From contig OZ024747.1 of NCBI GenBank assembly GCA_964016885.1, positions 49,290,001-49,354,000 of the forward strand: DNA of 64,000 bases. Direction: 5' to 3'. Below the pieces are notes generated by a model that was given only the letters and a program-made list of their open reading frames with translations, made no database searches and was not told the DNA's origin. This document shows, in pieces, positions 1-14,694 of this stretch. The stretch's first letter is position 1; every line of letters starts with the position of its first letter. The stretch comes from Eledone cirrhosa (lineage: Eukaryota). The translations under genes and the position numbers were made by a program.

Positions 1-290
1 CAACACCATCATCATCACGATCATCATCATCACCAACACCATCACTATCATCATCATCACCATCACCATCATAATCCCCACCACCATCATCATAATCACC
101 ATCACCATCATAATCCCCGCCACCATCATCATCATCATCATCGTTATCATCACTATCATCACCATCACGATCCCTATAATCCTCGACTAATCATCATAAT
201 CCCCACCACTATCATCATCATCACGATCACTATAATCCCCACCACCATCATCATCATCACCATCACGATCCTCATCATCATCCTCATTAT
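1..290. repeat. Degenerate (CAT/CAC)n trinucleotide low-complexity tract
   Basis: Runs of atcatc/accatc visible directly. Confidence 0.9.
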
Positions 291-384
291 ATAAAACATC
301 TATTCAAGTTACCATTTCCAATTCAATGTCTCAATACAATGTTAGAACATCATTGAAGAATAAAATGAAAGTCTTGGCAATAAT

Positions 385-571
385 TGTTTCTATTGGCACA
401 AGGCCAGAAAATTACCCAGTACATTACTGGTACTTTATTTTATCGACCCCGTAAGGATGAAAGGCAAAGTTAACCTCGGCGGGATTTGAACTCAGAATGG
501 CAAGGGCCGTAACTCTATGCGTCAAAGCATGGCATCCGAACCTCTACCGATACTGCCAATCCACCGCCATT
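385..571 (-). mobile_element. tRNA-derived SINE, family A (Meta-domain-like core)
   Basis: Minus strand begins GGCGGTGGATTGGCAGTATCGG (A-box-like), has B box GAGTTCAAATCC and core TTTGCCTTTCATCCTTACGGGGTCGATAAAATAAAGTACCAG. 14-bp TSD gtcttggcaataat at 371-384 and 572-585. More than 10 related copies in the window. Confidence 0.9.
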
Positions 572-694
572 GTCTTGGCAATAATAATAGTTTATCAAGT
601 AACAGAAAATTATAATTTAGTTGATATAAACAAGGATTAATTTGTCTGGTTCTCTCCTGAGTTGGAATAATACAATAGACAGAAGAGAGAAGAG

Positions 695-3600
695 AGAGAC
701 TAGAGTCTAGAGACTAGAGACCAGAGACTAGAGACTAGAGACTAGAGACTAGAGTCTAGAGACTAGACACTAGAGACTAGAGACTAGAGACCAGAGACTA
801 GAGTCTAGAGACTAGAGACTAGAGTCTAGAGACTAGACACCAGAGACTAGAGACTAGAGACCAGAGACTAGAGTCTAGAGACTAGAGACTAGAGTCTAGA
901 GACTAGACACTAGAGACTAGACACTAGAGACCAGAGACTAGAGTCTAGAGACTAGAGACTAGAGTCTAGAGACTAGACACTAGAGACTAGACACTAGAGA
1001 CCAGAGACTAGAGTCTAGAGACTAGAGACTAGAGTCTAGAGACTAGACACTAGAGACTAGACACTAGAGACCAGAGACTAGAGTCTAGAGACTAGAGACC
1101 AGAGACCAGACACTAGACACCAGAGACTAGAGACTAGAGACCAGAGACCAGAGACTAGACACTAGAGACTAGACACTAGACACCAGAGACTAGACACTAG
1201 CGACTAGAGACTAGAGACCAGAGACTAGACACCAGAGACTAGACACTAGCGACTAGAGACTAGAGACCAGAGACTAGACACTAGAGACTAGACACTAGAC
1301 ACCAGAGACTAGACACTAGCGACTAGAGACTAGAGACCAGAGACTAGACACCAGAGACTAGACACTAGACACCAGAGACTAGACACTAGCGACTAGAGAC
1401 TAGAGACCAGAGACTAGACACCAGAGACTAGACACTAGCGACTAGAGACTAGAGACCAGAGACTAGACACTAGAGACTAGACACTAGACACCAGAGACTA
1501 GACACTAGCGACTAGAGACTAGAGACCAGAGACTAGACACCAGAGACTAGACACTAGACACCAGAGACTAGACACTAGCGACTAGAGACTAGAGACCAGA
1601 GACTAGACACCAGAGACTAGACACTAGAGACTAGACACTAGACACCAGAGACTAGACACTAGACACCAGAGACTAGACACTAGCGACTAGAGACTAGAGA
1701 CCAGAGACTAGACACCAGAGACTAGACACTAGAGACTAGACACTAGACACCAGAGACTAGACACCAGAGACTAGACACTAGCGACTAGAGACTAGAGACC
1801 AGAGACTAGACACCAGAGACTAGACACTAGAGACTAGACACTAGAGACCAGAGACTAGACACTAGAGACTAGACACTAGAGACTAGACACTAGAGACTAG
1901 ACACTAGAGACCAGAGACTAGACACTAGAGACTAGACACTAGACACTAGACACCAGAGACTAGACACTAGAGACTAGAGACCAGAGACTAGACACTAGAG
2001 ACTAGACACTAGACACCAGAGACTAGACACTAGCGACTAGAGACTAGAGACTAGACACCAGAGACTAGACACTAGCGACTAGAGACTAGAGACCAGAGAC
2101 TAGACACTAGAGACTAGACACTAGACACCAGAGACTAGACACTAGCGACTAGAGACTAGAGACCAGAGACTAGACACCAGAGACTAGACACTAGAGACTA
2201 GACACTAGAGACCAGAGACTAGACACCAGAGACTAGACACTAGAGACTAGACACTAGAGACTAGACACTAGAGACTAGACACTAGAGACCAGAGACTAGA
2301 CACTAGAGACTAGACACTAGAGACTAGACACTAGACACCAGAGACTAGACACTAGAGACTAGACACTAGACACCAGAGACTAGACACTAGAGACTAGACA
2401 CTAGACACCAGAGACTAGACACTAGCGACTAGAGACTAGAGACCAGAGACTAGACACCAGAGACTAGACACTAGCGACTAGAGACTAGAGACCAGAGACT
2501 AGACACTAGAGACTAGACACTAGACACCAGAGACTAGACACTAGCGACTAGAGACTAGAGACCAGAGACTAGACACCAGAGACTAGACACTAGCGACTAG
2601 AGACTAGAGACCAGAGACTAGACACCAGAGACTAGACACTAGAGACTAGACACTAGAGACCAGAGACTAGACACCAGAGACTAGACACTAGAGACTAGAC
2701 ACTAGAGACTAGACACTAGAGACTAGACACTAGAGACCAGAGACTAGACACTAGAGACTAGACACTAGAGACTAGAGACTAGACACCAGAGACTAGACAC
2801 TAGAGACTAGACACTAGACACCAGAGACTAGACACTAGAGACTAGACACTAGACACCAGAGACTAGACACTAGCGACTAGAGACTAGAGACCAGAGACTA
2901 GACACCAGAGACTAGACACTAGCGACTAGAGACTAGAGACCAGAGACTAGACACTAGAGACTAGACACTAGACACCAGAGACTAGACACTAGCGACTAGA
3001 GACTAGAGACCAGAGACTAGACACCAGAGACTAGACACTAGACACCAGAGACTAGACACTAGCGACTAGAGACTAGAGACCAGAGACTAGACACCAGAGA
3101 CTAGACACTAGAGACTAGACACTAGACACCAGAGACTAGACACTAGCGACTAGAGACTAGAGACCAGAGACTAGACACCAGAGACTAGACACTAGCGACT
3201 AGAGACTAGAGACCAGAGACTAGACACTAGAGACTAGACACTAGACACCAGAGACTAGACACTAGCGACTAGAGACTAGAGACCAGAGACTAGACACCAG
3301 AGACTAGACACTAGAGACTAGACACTAGACACCAGAGACTAGACACTAGAGACTAGACACTAGACACCAGAGACTAGACACTAGCGACTAGAGACCAGAG
3401 ACTAGACACCAGAGACTAGACACTAGACACCAGAGACTAGACACTAGCGACTAGAGACTAGAAACCAGAGACTAGACACCAGAGACTAGACACTAGAGAC
3501 TAGACACTAGAGACTAGACACTAGAGACTAGACACTAGAGACCAGAGACTAGACACCAGAGACTAGACACTAGACACCAGAGACTAGACACTAGAGACTA

Positions 3601-6600
3601 GAGACCAGAGACTAGACACCAGAGACTAGAGACTAGACACTAGAGACCAGAGACCAGAGACCAGATACTTGACACTAGAGACTAGAGTCTAGACACTAGA
3701 CACTAAAGTCTAGACACTAGAGTCTAGACACCAGAGTCTAGACACTAGACACCAGAGACTAGAGACTAGACACCAGAGACTAGAGACTAAAAACTAGACA
3801 CCAGAGACTAGACACTAGAGACTAGACACTAGAGACTAGACACCAGAGACTAGACACTAGAGACTAGACACTAGAGACCAGACACTAGAGACTAGAGTCT
3901 AGACACTAGAGACTAGACACTAGGTACTAGACACTAGACACTAGAGACTAGACACTAGAGACTAGAGACAAGACACTAGAGACTAGACACTAGGTACTAG
4001 ACACTAGACACTAGAGACTAGACACCAGACACTAGAGACAAGACACTGGAGACTAGAGACTAGAGTCTAGAGACTAGAACACAAGAGACTAGAGACAAGA
4101 CACTAGAGACTAGACACCAGAGACTAGAGACTAGACACTAGAGACTAGAGACTAGACACCAGAGACTAGACACTAGACACCAGAGACTAGACACTAGGTA
4201 CTAGACACTAGAGACTAGAAACTAGACACAAGAGACTAGACACTAGAGACGAGACTAGACACTAAGAGACAAGACACTAGGGACTAGACACTAGAGACAA
4301 GACACTAGAGGCTGGTGACTAGACACTAGACACTAGAGACCAGAGACTAGAGACTAGAGACCAGAGACTAGACACTAGAGACTACAGACTAGACACTAGA
4401 GACTGGTGACTAAACACTAGAGACTGGTGACTAGACACTAGAGATTAGGGACTAGAGACTACACACTAAACAGTAGACACTAGAGATGCACACTAGTGAG
4501 TAGATACTAGAGACTAGATACTAGACACTAAAGCCTAGAGACTAGAGAATTGACACTAGCGACTAGAGACTAGAGAATTGACACTAGCGACTAGAGACTA
4601 GAGAATTGACACTAGCGACTAGACACTAGAGAATTGACACTAGCAACTAGAGAATTGACACTAGCGACTAGACACTAGAGACTAGAGACTAGAGAATTGA
4701 CACTAGCAACTAGAGAATTGACACTAGAGACTAGAGAATTGACACTAGAGAATTGATACTAGCGACTAGAGACTAGCGAATTGACACTAGCGACTAGACA
4801 CTAGAGAATTGACACTAGCAACTAGAGAATTGACACTAGCGACTAGACACTAGAGACTAGAGACTAGAGAATTGACACTAGCAACTAGAGAATTGACACT
4901 AGCGACTAGACACTAGAGACTAGAGAATTGACACTAGAGAATTGACACTAGCGACTAGACACTAGAGAATTGACACTAGCGACTATAGACTAGAGAATTG
5001 ACACTAGCGACTAGACACTAGAGACTAGAGAATTGACACTAGAGAATTGACACTAGCGACTAGAGACTAGAGAATTGACACTAGCGACTAGACACTAGAG
5101 AATTGACACTAGCAACTAGAGAATTGACACTAGCGACTAGACACTAGAGACTAGAGACTAGAGAATTGACACTAGCAACTAGAGAATTGACACTAGCGAC
5201 TAGACACTAGAGACTAGAGAATTGACACTAGCAACTAGAGAATTGACACTAGCGACTAGACACTAGAGACTAGAGACTAGAGACTAGAGAATTGACACTA
5301 GCAACTAGAGAATTGACACTAGCGACTAGACACTAGAGACTAGAGAATTGACACTAGAGAATTGACACTAGCGACTAGACACTAGAGAATTGACACTAGC
5401 GACTAGAGACTAGAGAATTGACACTAGCGACTAGACACTAGCGACTAGAGACTAGACACTAGAGAATTGACACTAGCGACTAGAGACTAGAGAATTGACA
5501 CTAGACACTAGAGACTAGAGAATTGACACTAGAGACTAGACACTAGAGAATTGACACTAGCGACTAGAGACTAGAGAATTGACACTAGCGACTAGAGACT
5601 AGAGAATTGACACTAGAGACTAGACACTAGCGACTAGAGACTAGAGAATTGACACTAGACACTAGAAACTAGAGAATTGACACTAGCGACTAGACACTAG
5701 AGACTAGAGAATTGACACTAGCGACTAGAGACTAGAGAATTGACACTAGCGACTAGACACTAGAGAATTGACACTAGCGACTAGAGACTAGAGAATTGAC
5801 ACTAGCGACTAGAGACTAGAGAATTGACACTAGCGACTAGAGACTAGAGAATTGACACTAGAGACTAGACACTAGAGAATTGACACTAGCGACTAGAGAC
5901 TAGAGAATTGACACTAGACACTAGAGACTAGAGAATTGACACTAGAGACTAGACACTAGAGAATTGACACTAGCGACTAGAGACTAGAGAATTGACACTA
6001 GCGACTAGAGACTAGAGAATTGACACTAGAGACTAGACACTAGAGAATTGACACTAGCGACTAGAGACTAGAGAATTGACACTAGACACTAGAGACTAGA
6101 GAATTGACACTAGCGACTAGACACTAGAGACTAGAGAATTGACACTAGCGACTAGAGACTAGAGAATTGACACTAGAGAATTGACACTAGCGACTAGACA
6201 CTAGAGAATTGACACTAGCGACTAGAGAATTGACACTAGCGACTAGAGACTAGAGACTAGAGAATTGACACTAGAGACTAGAGACTAGAGAATTGACACT
6301 AGAGACTAGACACTAGAGAATTGACACTAGCGACTAGACACTAGAGACTAGAGAATTGACACTAGCGACTAGAGACTAGAGACTAGAGAATTGACACTAG
6401 AGACTAGACACTAGAGAATTGACACTAGCGACTAGACACTAGAGACTAGAGAATTGACACTAGCGACTAGACACTAGAGAATTGACACTAGCGACTAGAG
6501 ACTAGAGACTAGAGAATTGACACTAGAGACTAGACACTAGAGAATTGACACTAGCGACTAGACACTAGAGAATTGACACTAGCGACTAGACACTAGAGAC

Positions 6601-6712
6601 TTGACACTAGCGACTAGAGAATTGACACTAGCGACTAGACACTAGAGACTAGAGAATTGACACTAGCGACTAGAGACTAGAGAATTGACACTAGCGACTA
6701 GAGACCAGTGAC
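695..6712. repeat. ~6 kb satellite of 7-bp monomers (CTAGAGA/CTAGACA/CCAGAGA/CTAGCGA/ATTGACA) with higher-order structure
   Basis: Near-continuous 7-nt phasing; the ATTGACA variant appears only after ~4548; degenerate zone ~3660-4540. Confidence 0.97.
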
Positions 6713-7007
6713 CAGAATCTTCTTTTCGTAATGTTTGACATTACATTTATTTTTATTTTGTTTTGCTCATGACCCCATTATTAATATTAACAATATCATT
6801 TTACATCTGCTTTCCACAATGGCTTGGGTTGAACAGGTTCTCACAGTCCAATACCAAATGGGAGCAGGGTGATCATTTTTTGCATGTATGTTACATATAT
6901 GACATGGTTTCTATGGGTGGATGCTCTTCCTTATGCCAACCATTTACAGAGTGAACTGGGTGGATTGTATTGTGATACGAAGACTACCACTTTACATATT
7001 TAACTGG

Positions 7008-7041
<34 letters not shown>

Positions 7042-7582
7042 AAAAATATATATATATATATATATACATACATATATATATATATTGAGTATATCATATG
7101 GTACATATAAACATTTGAAAAAATCTAAAGTTCACAGAGAATCCCTCTATGGCTCATGTCCCAAGGTTTGTTTTGATTGGGAATGCAGAAATTAGAGTAA
7201 AATGGAGAAGATTTTCATGAACACACGATGCTATAAATGTGTGTGTGTTATAGCTGAAATACTATAATACAAGGTCAAATGCCCTACTGAAATGTCAAAT
7301 ATCACATATCACATAAAATAAATCTTTGACATTGTGTCTAATATTGAACAGTATTTATCAGGGTGTTAAAATGTTTGATATGCACATCAATTGCATATTT
7401 ACAAACCAAACTTTTTCTCATTACACCATTAGTGGATTAAACAAAAAAAAAACAAATCAATAATTTATAGATATCTCATCCAAACATCAGAGAAATGGAT
7501 AGAAGCCTGAGAGAAAAACTGAGCATAAAAGGAATTAAATGCTGGAGATTAAAAAAAGATGACACAGGGCTAAACTGACTGA

Positions 7583-8137
7583 ATATATACCAGATGATAA
7601 AAGACCTATCTCTATAATATATGCCAGATGATAAAAGACCTATCTCTATAATATATGCCAGATGATAAAAGCCCTATCTCTATAATATATGCCAGATGAT
7701 ATAAGACCTATCTCTATAATATATACCAGATGATATAAGACCTATCTCTATAATATATACCAGATGATAAAAGACCTATCACTATAATAAATACCAGATG
7801 ATATAAGACCTATCTCTATAATATATACTAGATGATAAAAGACACATCGCTATAATATATACCAGATGATATAAGACCTATCACTATAATATATACCAGA
7901 TGACATAAGACCTATCACTATAATATATACCAGATGATAAAAGACATATCACTATAATATATACCAGATGACATAAGATCTATCACTATAATATATACCA
8001 GATGACATAAGACCTATTACTATAATATATACCAGATGATAAAAAACCTATCACTATAATATATACCAGATGATAAAAGACCTATCTCTATAATATATAC
8101 CAGATAACAAAAGACCTATCACTATAATATATACTAG
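7583..8137. repeat. 34-bp minisatellite (tataatatataccagatgataaaagacctatcac), left part
   Basis: About 16 tandem units; the same unit resumes at 13631. Confidence 0.95.
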
Positions 8138-8289
8138 ACTAGATAAGGTACCTCGCTTCGCCCAGGTGAACAGTTTAGAGAAGACAGGTAGAAGAGAAAA
8201 CGACTGTATTGGATGTTTGTCTGGTTTACAGTATCAGGTGACACCGTAATGTGTGTGTGACAAAAAAAAGTTTTAAAAACTCCCAGATT

Positions 8290-11200
8290 CTTTGTTTTAC
8301 CATTTGTACATAGTATATGAAGATTTCTAGGTGTTCCAACTCATGACAACCAACATATAACTGTTCAGGGGTAAAAACTGTTTCTCTCAGATTCAATCCT
8401 ACAACTTTGAGACTCTGACCCTGAGCTTTATTTATGGTCATAGCAAAACTGGCTGTAACAGGCAACTGAAGTCTTGAGAATTTGAATGGTAGTTTGGTAG
8501 AGAAAGGGATAAGTGGAATCTTTGGAATAAATACATTTTCAACTTGATGATTGCCTCCAAGAATAGGGACCTCTAGGAGATGTTTCATCATCCACCTCAC
8601 TGTTAAGCATGTGCCATTGCATAGACATGGTGGGTCCAGGTTTCTCAAAAGGATGATGGGAGTCCCAATATTTAGCGTTAATTTGTGTGGAGAAAGTCCA
8701 GAATATTAAGGAACTCTGCAGGATAATTAACAGCATCATCATCCTTTTCAATCTTGTCAATGGAGACATATGTATGAACCTCTCCTGGAAGCGTATCCAG
8801 TAGGCATTGGTTGATCTGATTTACAGTATTATTTTTTGGCACTAAAATTGCTTGCTCAAACAACCATGATTAATTGGTATAATTTGAGGCAATATTTGGA
8901 AATACTTGATCAATTAGTTCATTTGTTGACATTTCCAAATGGAAGGTTGACTTCTCCATTGTCATCTTGTTGCAGATTACTATCACCCAGTTTAATTAGC
9001 TGTTTTGCAAAAGTATCAATTTCTGCATCATTGTACAACTGCACTCTCATGTTTGTTCTCAAGGGTAATTGCTGAACTTGTTGCCATATAGTTGAAACTT
9101 TGAGGCAAGCATTTACAATATCAGCTCTCCTGCCTTTAGGAATGACGGGGAGAATATGTCTGAAGTCACCAGCAAGCACCATTATTACTCCTCCCATGAT
9201 TTCATTACATCCTCTAATGTCTCTTAAAGAATAGTCCAGAGCCTCAAATGCCTTTCTATGTGCCATTGTGGCCTCATCCCATATGATCACGGAGCATTTC
9301 TCTAAAAGCTTTGCTTTTGGTGTATTCTTTTAGAATATTGCATGAAAGAGACTCTTCTCTTGTGACATTCAATGGCAACTTGAATGTTCAGTGTGCTGTT
9401 TTGCCTCCATCAAGTAAGGTAGCAGCAATACCACTTGATGCAGCAGCCAAAGTAATTTGCTTTCGCTGCCTTACTTTTGCCAATATAAGATTTATTATGA
9501 AGGTTCTACCAGTTCCTCCTGGAGCATCCAGAAAGTAAAGGCCTCCTTCATTCTGGTCGATACTGGTCAATATATTTTCATAAGCAATTCTTTGATCTTC
9601 AATCAGCTTTTCTTGATTTTCATTGACATATTGTGTAAGCTTATTGATGTCATAATTTATCTCCTTAATATATCCTGTGCAATAGAGTATGCAACTGTAT
9701 CCTCAGGTTCTGGTAAACTGCAATCCTTAAGGGACCAGCCAATTTCACTCAGGTGGTTGTTTATTTCTGAAAGTACTTTATTATAGATAGGTGGAGAAAA
9801 ATCTACATTAATGCGAGTGTTTTGAAGTTTAATCCTGCGCAATATATATCTTATAGCTTTCCCAGAGACTCAAGGGATCTGAAATATTGCGTGTAGTGAG
9901 CATCACAGCGAAGAGCTGTCGAAGCTTTTTAGGCATTTGTGTGGTAGCTGCCTCTTCCAATATTCCCCATCTTCAAGTAGGCCAAGTAATTTACATGCTT
10001 CAGCATATGTTGCCCAGGGAGTTCCATATACAATTTTGATATTTTCAAATTATGTTGGCCCTCAGTGTGAAGGAGTAACCTCAAATGGAAACATTCCCTA
10101 TGTCTAGGTTTGATCGTGTAAACTCTTCCTATTGCACCACTTGCTTTGATGTCTTGATAGCCATCCACATGATTGCCTATCTTTCGTCTGCTCCATTTTT
10201 TTTTTATTCCATGTGTAGAATGTGGGAACCTCATGATAAAGCAAGGTTTTAGCAAAGGCAACTTCTCCACAAAGCTTAAAAAAAGCAGTGAGCATTGTGT
10301 CTGGAGGAGATGCAGCAATCAATTATGCATTTTCTGCAGTGTAATATACCCTCTGACCATTTTCCATATGGACTGCAAGGTTCACTACCACTGAGTGTCT
10401 ATTGTGTATGTCAAAAGCAAAGATTCTCCATACGGCTTCATTGCTAGAAATATATCTCCCTGTTAGGTATGTTTTAACTTCATTCAATTAGTTATCACCA
10501 CCAATAGTAAAAGTTGCCATATCACTACTTTTGTTGACACATTTACAAACATACTTAATTGATTTTACTGATGCACTGTACTCACAATTGATGTGAGCAT
10601 CAAGGATTTTGCAGAGGAGAGGATTGTAAGGAACAACCCAATTGTTACCAGCCTGAATGTCTTGATCTCGTATCTTGATAATCGCAGTTTTTCTACCACA
10701 GTGAGGGCTTCTCCGTCTATATTGGGGATATCTGTTATCACTAGTTACGGTTTCTTGTTGAAAAGTCCTTGGATATCTTTTTTCCTATTTGTTACTTCCC
10801 ATGCACACATACTTAAGGTTGATACTGCCACATGGACCATGTATCATTTGTTTTGAGATAATGGCAAATAGTTCTGGGTCTGTGTCAGGATCGGGCAATT
10901 CAGCGCCTATGATTTTATCAATTTGATCTGAGTGAATGTGGTCTGAACACCAAATTAGTGTATGGGAATGCGGAAGACCTCTTTTTTGCCATTCAATAGT
11001 GTAAAGCCAACATCTTAGTTCGCCAAAGATTTATCCATCTTTTAGCAACCACAGCAAGATCTTCTGTTTCTCATTAAAAACTCTGGCAATGATGTCATGT
11101 CTATCTTGTGCATATTGGTGTTCAAACAGTTCATTTTGAATTTCTGGCCATGTAAGATTGCATGTAAATGTAATAAAAAGATCTGGACAACCAAATTTTC

Positions 11201-11670
11201 TAGCATATGCCATGGCATTTTGTGTGCGCTCATCCAGGTAGCGTGGACATTAAATGGTAGTATTGTCCTTGGATTTTGAATGTTGTGGAATAACTATAGA
11301 CAGTATGATCTTTTTCAGCTCCAAAGGACATCATCTGAAATGCAACATTATACCGCATAACATTGCTCCTGAAGTGTTTAGCTTCGTTAGTATGGGCTGT
11401 AAGCAGTATACGAATAACAGGTTGACGGTCTTCTATCAGTGGAAATCTTACCTTTCCTCCTAAGCAACACATGCCAAGTGTTTCTCCTTTTCTTTTTCTT
11501 GCTCCACAACTAATGCATATAATATCCATGCAACCAATCACGACTTTAGGATCATTTCTATAATTTCTCAATGGATCATATGAAAACGCAGCTCTTAACC
11601 AATTTATTTTGCCTTGAAAAATCCTTTGTACCCATCGTGTTTGCATCGCAACTCTCATGGTTTTCATATT
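8290..11670 (-). pseudogene. Helitron Rep-Helicase (HUH endonuclease + PIF1-family helicase), frameshifted
   Basis: Rep motif 1 GCPDLFITFTCN (ORF 11031-11213); HUH motif YTIEWQKRGLPHSHTLIW (~10952-11005); motif 3 KYVCKCVNK (~10530-10556); helicase motifs DAPGGTGRT, IIWDEATM, LAGDFRHILPV and FAMTINKAQGQS spread over several frames. Confidence 0.95.
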
Positions 11671-12545
11671 CAGCCTCGGTTTGTTTTGATTATCTTTCTT
11701 CTTGCCTTAATCTTTCTGTTTCCTGTCTCAAGTTCTGTTCACTTTCAGAAAGTTGTGATCGTCTTTCTTGTTGTCTTAATCTTTCTGTTTCCCGTCTCCG
11801 AGTTTCTCTTTCGCTTGAAGATTTCAACAGTTTGGCGGTCATTGTAACTACACAGATAGATGAGCGGTGTTTTTGTGACATGTAATTAATTTTCTTAGAA
11901 AATATCGTGAAAAAATAACAAACAAACAATACAAAGCAATATAAAAAAATAGAAATAAATGCAAACCACAGCCTTAGAGAATAGGTTGACACTGTCATCT
12001 GAATTAAGTCTATACTAACATGACATTATACTCAAAAAGCTAAATTAATGTAAACCGTAGATTAATTTCAAATAGTATCAATCTTTTCTCTGTTCTGTAA
12101 AATAGGTTTGTGTTGTAGTTAGTATCACTTAACCTTTAATGACTGGTGTAAAACGACAAACCTACCGATACTTTGATCTATTGTGGGACCACCCACACAC
12201 ACAAACAAATCTTTACTGACGCAAACCACCGTTCGTTGTCATTCTCTCTCTCTTACTTTCCTTCTGCATCTCTCTCTCTCTCTTTAGATGTGTGTCTGTC
12301 AATGTACTTGTGTGTGTGTGTAATGTTCGTGTGATTAAAGCAACCAACTAACCTATACACACACATACATATATATATATATATGTGTGTGTGTAAAACG
12401 ATGGCCTTACTGACACTTTGTGGGACGCCAAACACACAAATCTTCACTGACGCAATTAGAGACGCTGTCCACGAACAATCAAGAACGCGCAGATATCTCT
12501 TTCTCTCTCTCTGTCTTTGTCTTATATATATATATATATATATAA

Positions 12546-12722
12546 TAATTGTTTCTACTTTAGGCACAAGGCCAGCAATTACTGGTACTTTATTTTATCG
12601 ACCCCGTAAGGATGAAAGGCAAAGTCAACCTCGGCGGGATTTGAACTCAGATCGTAAAGGGACGTAACTATGCTGGAAAGCATGGCTTCCGACCCTCTAC
12701 CGATACTGCCAATCCACCGCCT
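12546..12722 (-). mobile_element. SINE family A nested in the Helitron 5' region
   Basis: Near-identical to 385-571. Confidence 0.9.
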
Positions 12723-13630
12723 ATATATATAGTAATAATAATATATATGTGTGTGTGTGTGTGTATAAACCAGCGTTCGTTGCCATTCTCTCTCTATCTG
12801 AATATCTAACACTTTAATTGTACTTCTCTCTGTATAACGGCCTATCTTATTCTCTCTCTCTCTTTAGATGTGTGTGTGTGTAATTTTCGTGTGATTAAAC
12901 CAACCAACCAAGAAACATCTCTCCTTTATCACTTTCTATATAAGATTATGTGTCTATTTCCTATACATGCTCAAACGGCTCGACAAATCAAATCAAATTT
13001 TACAAGGTAATAAATAGTATTAGACACCGGGAGTGTCAACATATAATTTTTATTTTTATTTGAATTAAAACAATATAACATTTTATCTACAATGATATTT
13101 CTATAGTCAACTATACTAAACTACCACTACCACGACAACGACGTCACATTTTATATGAGTGTGTGCGAGTTCGTTACGTATGTTAGGCCTCAGAGAATTA
13201 AACACACACACATACATATAACCTTAGTAAGTTGCATACACATTATCTTCACACACACATAGATATACATATGTGATGACTGACAAGTAATAGGTGTGCG
13301 TGAATGTATGTCTGTCTTAGTATATGTATGTGTGATAATTTTTATTTTCATTTGGATTAAAACAATAAACAATACAACTACGACGTTACATTTTGTATAT
13401 CTGTCTGAGTGTGTGTGGTTGCGCGTTCGTTAGGTACGTTATTAAATACACACACACATCTACACATATATGACAAAAATATGATGTGAAAAGCTATGCG
13501 TGTGTCTGCATGAATGTATGTCTTAGTATATGTATATGTGTGAGTGTGCAGCAACAATTTATTCATTTGGATGCCAAGAAAATGTTGTTTACCCTAAGGT
13601 GCTTCAAGATTGACAGATTTTCATGTCTGA

Positions 13631-14205
13631 ATAATATATACCAGATGACATAAGACATATCACTATAATATATATCAGATGACAAAAGTCTTATCACTAT
13701 AATATATATCAGACAAAAGACCTATCACTATAATATATACCAGCTGACATAAGACCTATCACTAAAATATATACCAGCTGACATAAGACTATAATATATA
13801 CTAGATGACATAAGACCTATCCCTATAACATATACCAGCTGACATAAAACCTGTCATCCACCACTATAATATATACCAGATGACATAAGACCTATCACTA
13901 AAATATATACCAGCTGACATAAGACTATAATATATACTAGATGACATAAGACCTATCACTATAATATATACTAGATGACATAAGACCTATCACTATAATA
14001 TATACTAGATGACATAAGACCTATCACTATAATATATACTAGATGACATAAGACCTATCACTATAATATATACTAGATGACATAAGACCTATCACTATAA
14101 TATATACTAGATGACATAAGACCTATCCCTATAACATATACCAGCTGACATAAAACCTGTCATCCACCACTATAATATATACCAGATGACAAAAAAACCT
14201 ATCCA
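13631..14205. repeat. 34-bp minisatellite, right part
   Basis: Same unit as 7583-8137, with gacataag/actaga variants. Confidence 0.95.
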
Positions 14206-14209
14206 CTGG

Positions 14210-14470
14210 AGACTTCTGGTGTCCTTCGCCCTAGTGCCACCTCCCTACTCACCACCATCAGCACAGAGTTGACTACCCATAGCAGTGGATACTTCTTCTG
14301 TCCTTGGCCCTAGGGCCACCTCTTTGCTCACCGCCATTGGCATAGAGTTTGCTACCTGCAGGATTGAGACTCGCGAGCTAGAATGGCTCTTCCAGCACAT
14401 CTCCCTCACCATCATCTGGGGAAACGCCTTCTCTATTCTGTCTGTCGGGACCACCAGCACCTGGGCCCCC
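14210..14470 (+). mobile_element. CRE-clade (RLE-type) non-LTR retrotransposon 3' fragment
   Basis: PIAVDTSSVLGPRA...WLFQHISLTIIWGNAFSIL resembles the P-x-A-V-E-T-x-G...Q-R-x-S-x-A-I-Q-R-G-N-A C-terminus of CRE elements. Confidence 0.7.
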
Positions 14471-14694
14471 ATTTGCTCATAATAGTGAGATATGGGGTGA
14501 GCGGGAGAGATGGAGGCAGTGACAGTGGGAGTTTGTACCTGGTGCATATGTATCACATCACGTTTTATTCACTTATAATGAATAATCAGTGAAATGTAAT
14601 GTAAATATTGTTATATTTGGGGGTAGGATCATGTTGTTATAATATTGCCAGAGATGTATAATAAAACACACTCACTGTTTGGTTTGGCCATAAT

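Larger units (their letters stand above)
8139..13630 (-). mobile_element. Helitron (rolling-circle transposon), decayed formerly autonomous copy
   Basis: 3' terminus CTAG at 8139-8142 (alternative 8134-8137) next to the hairpin acctcgcttcgcccaggt. Rep and PIF1 coding remnants inside. Interrupts the 34-bp minisatellite. The 5' boundary is approximate. Confidence 0.88.

Noticed and set aside
385-571. tRNA gene
   Set aside because: The A/B boxes belong to a multi-copy SINE head with TSDs; no cloverleaf is evident.
695-6712. CRISPR-like or telomeric array
   Set aside because: There are no unique spacers, no cas genes and no TTAGGG-like unit; it is a eukaryotic 7-mer satellite.
8226-9570. Host PIF1 helicase gene
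   Set aside because: Intronless, frameshifted, joined to a HUH Rep domain and bounded by a Helitron 3' end.
8124-13640. ataatatata as a 10-bp TSD of the 5.5-kb insertion
   Set aside because: The word is part of every minisatellite unit, and Helitrons do not make TSDs, so it is uninformative.
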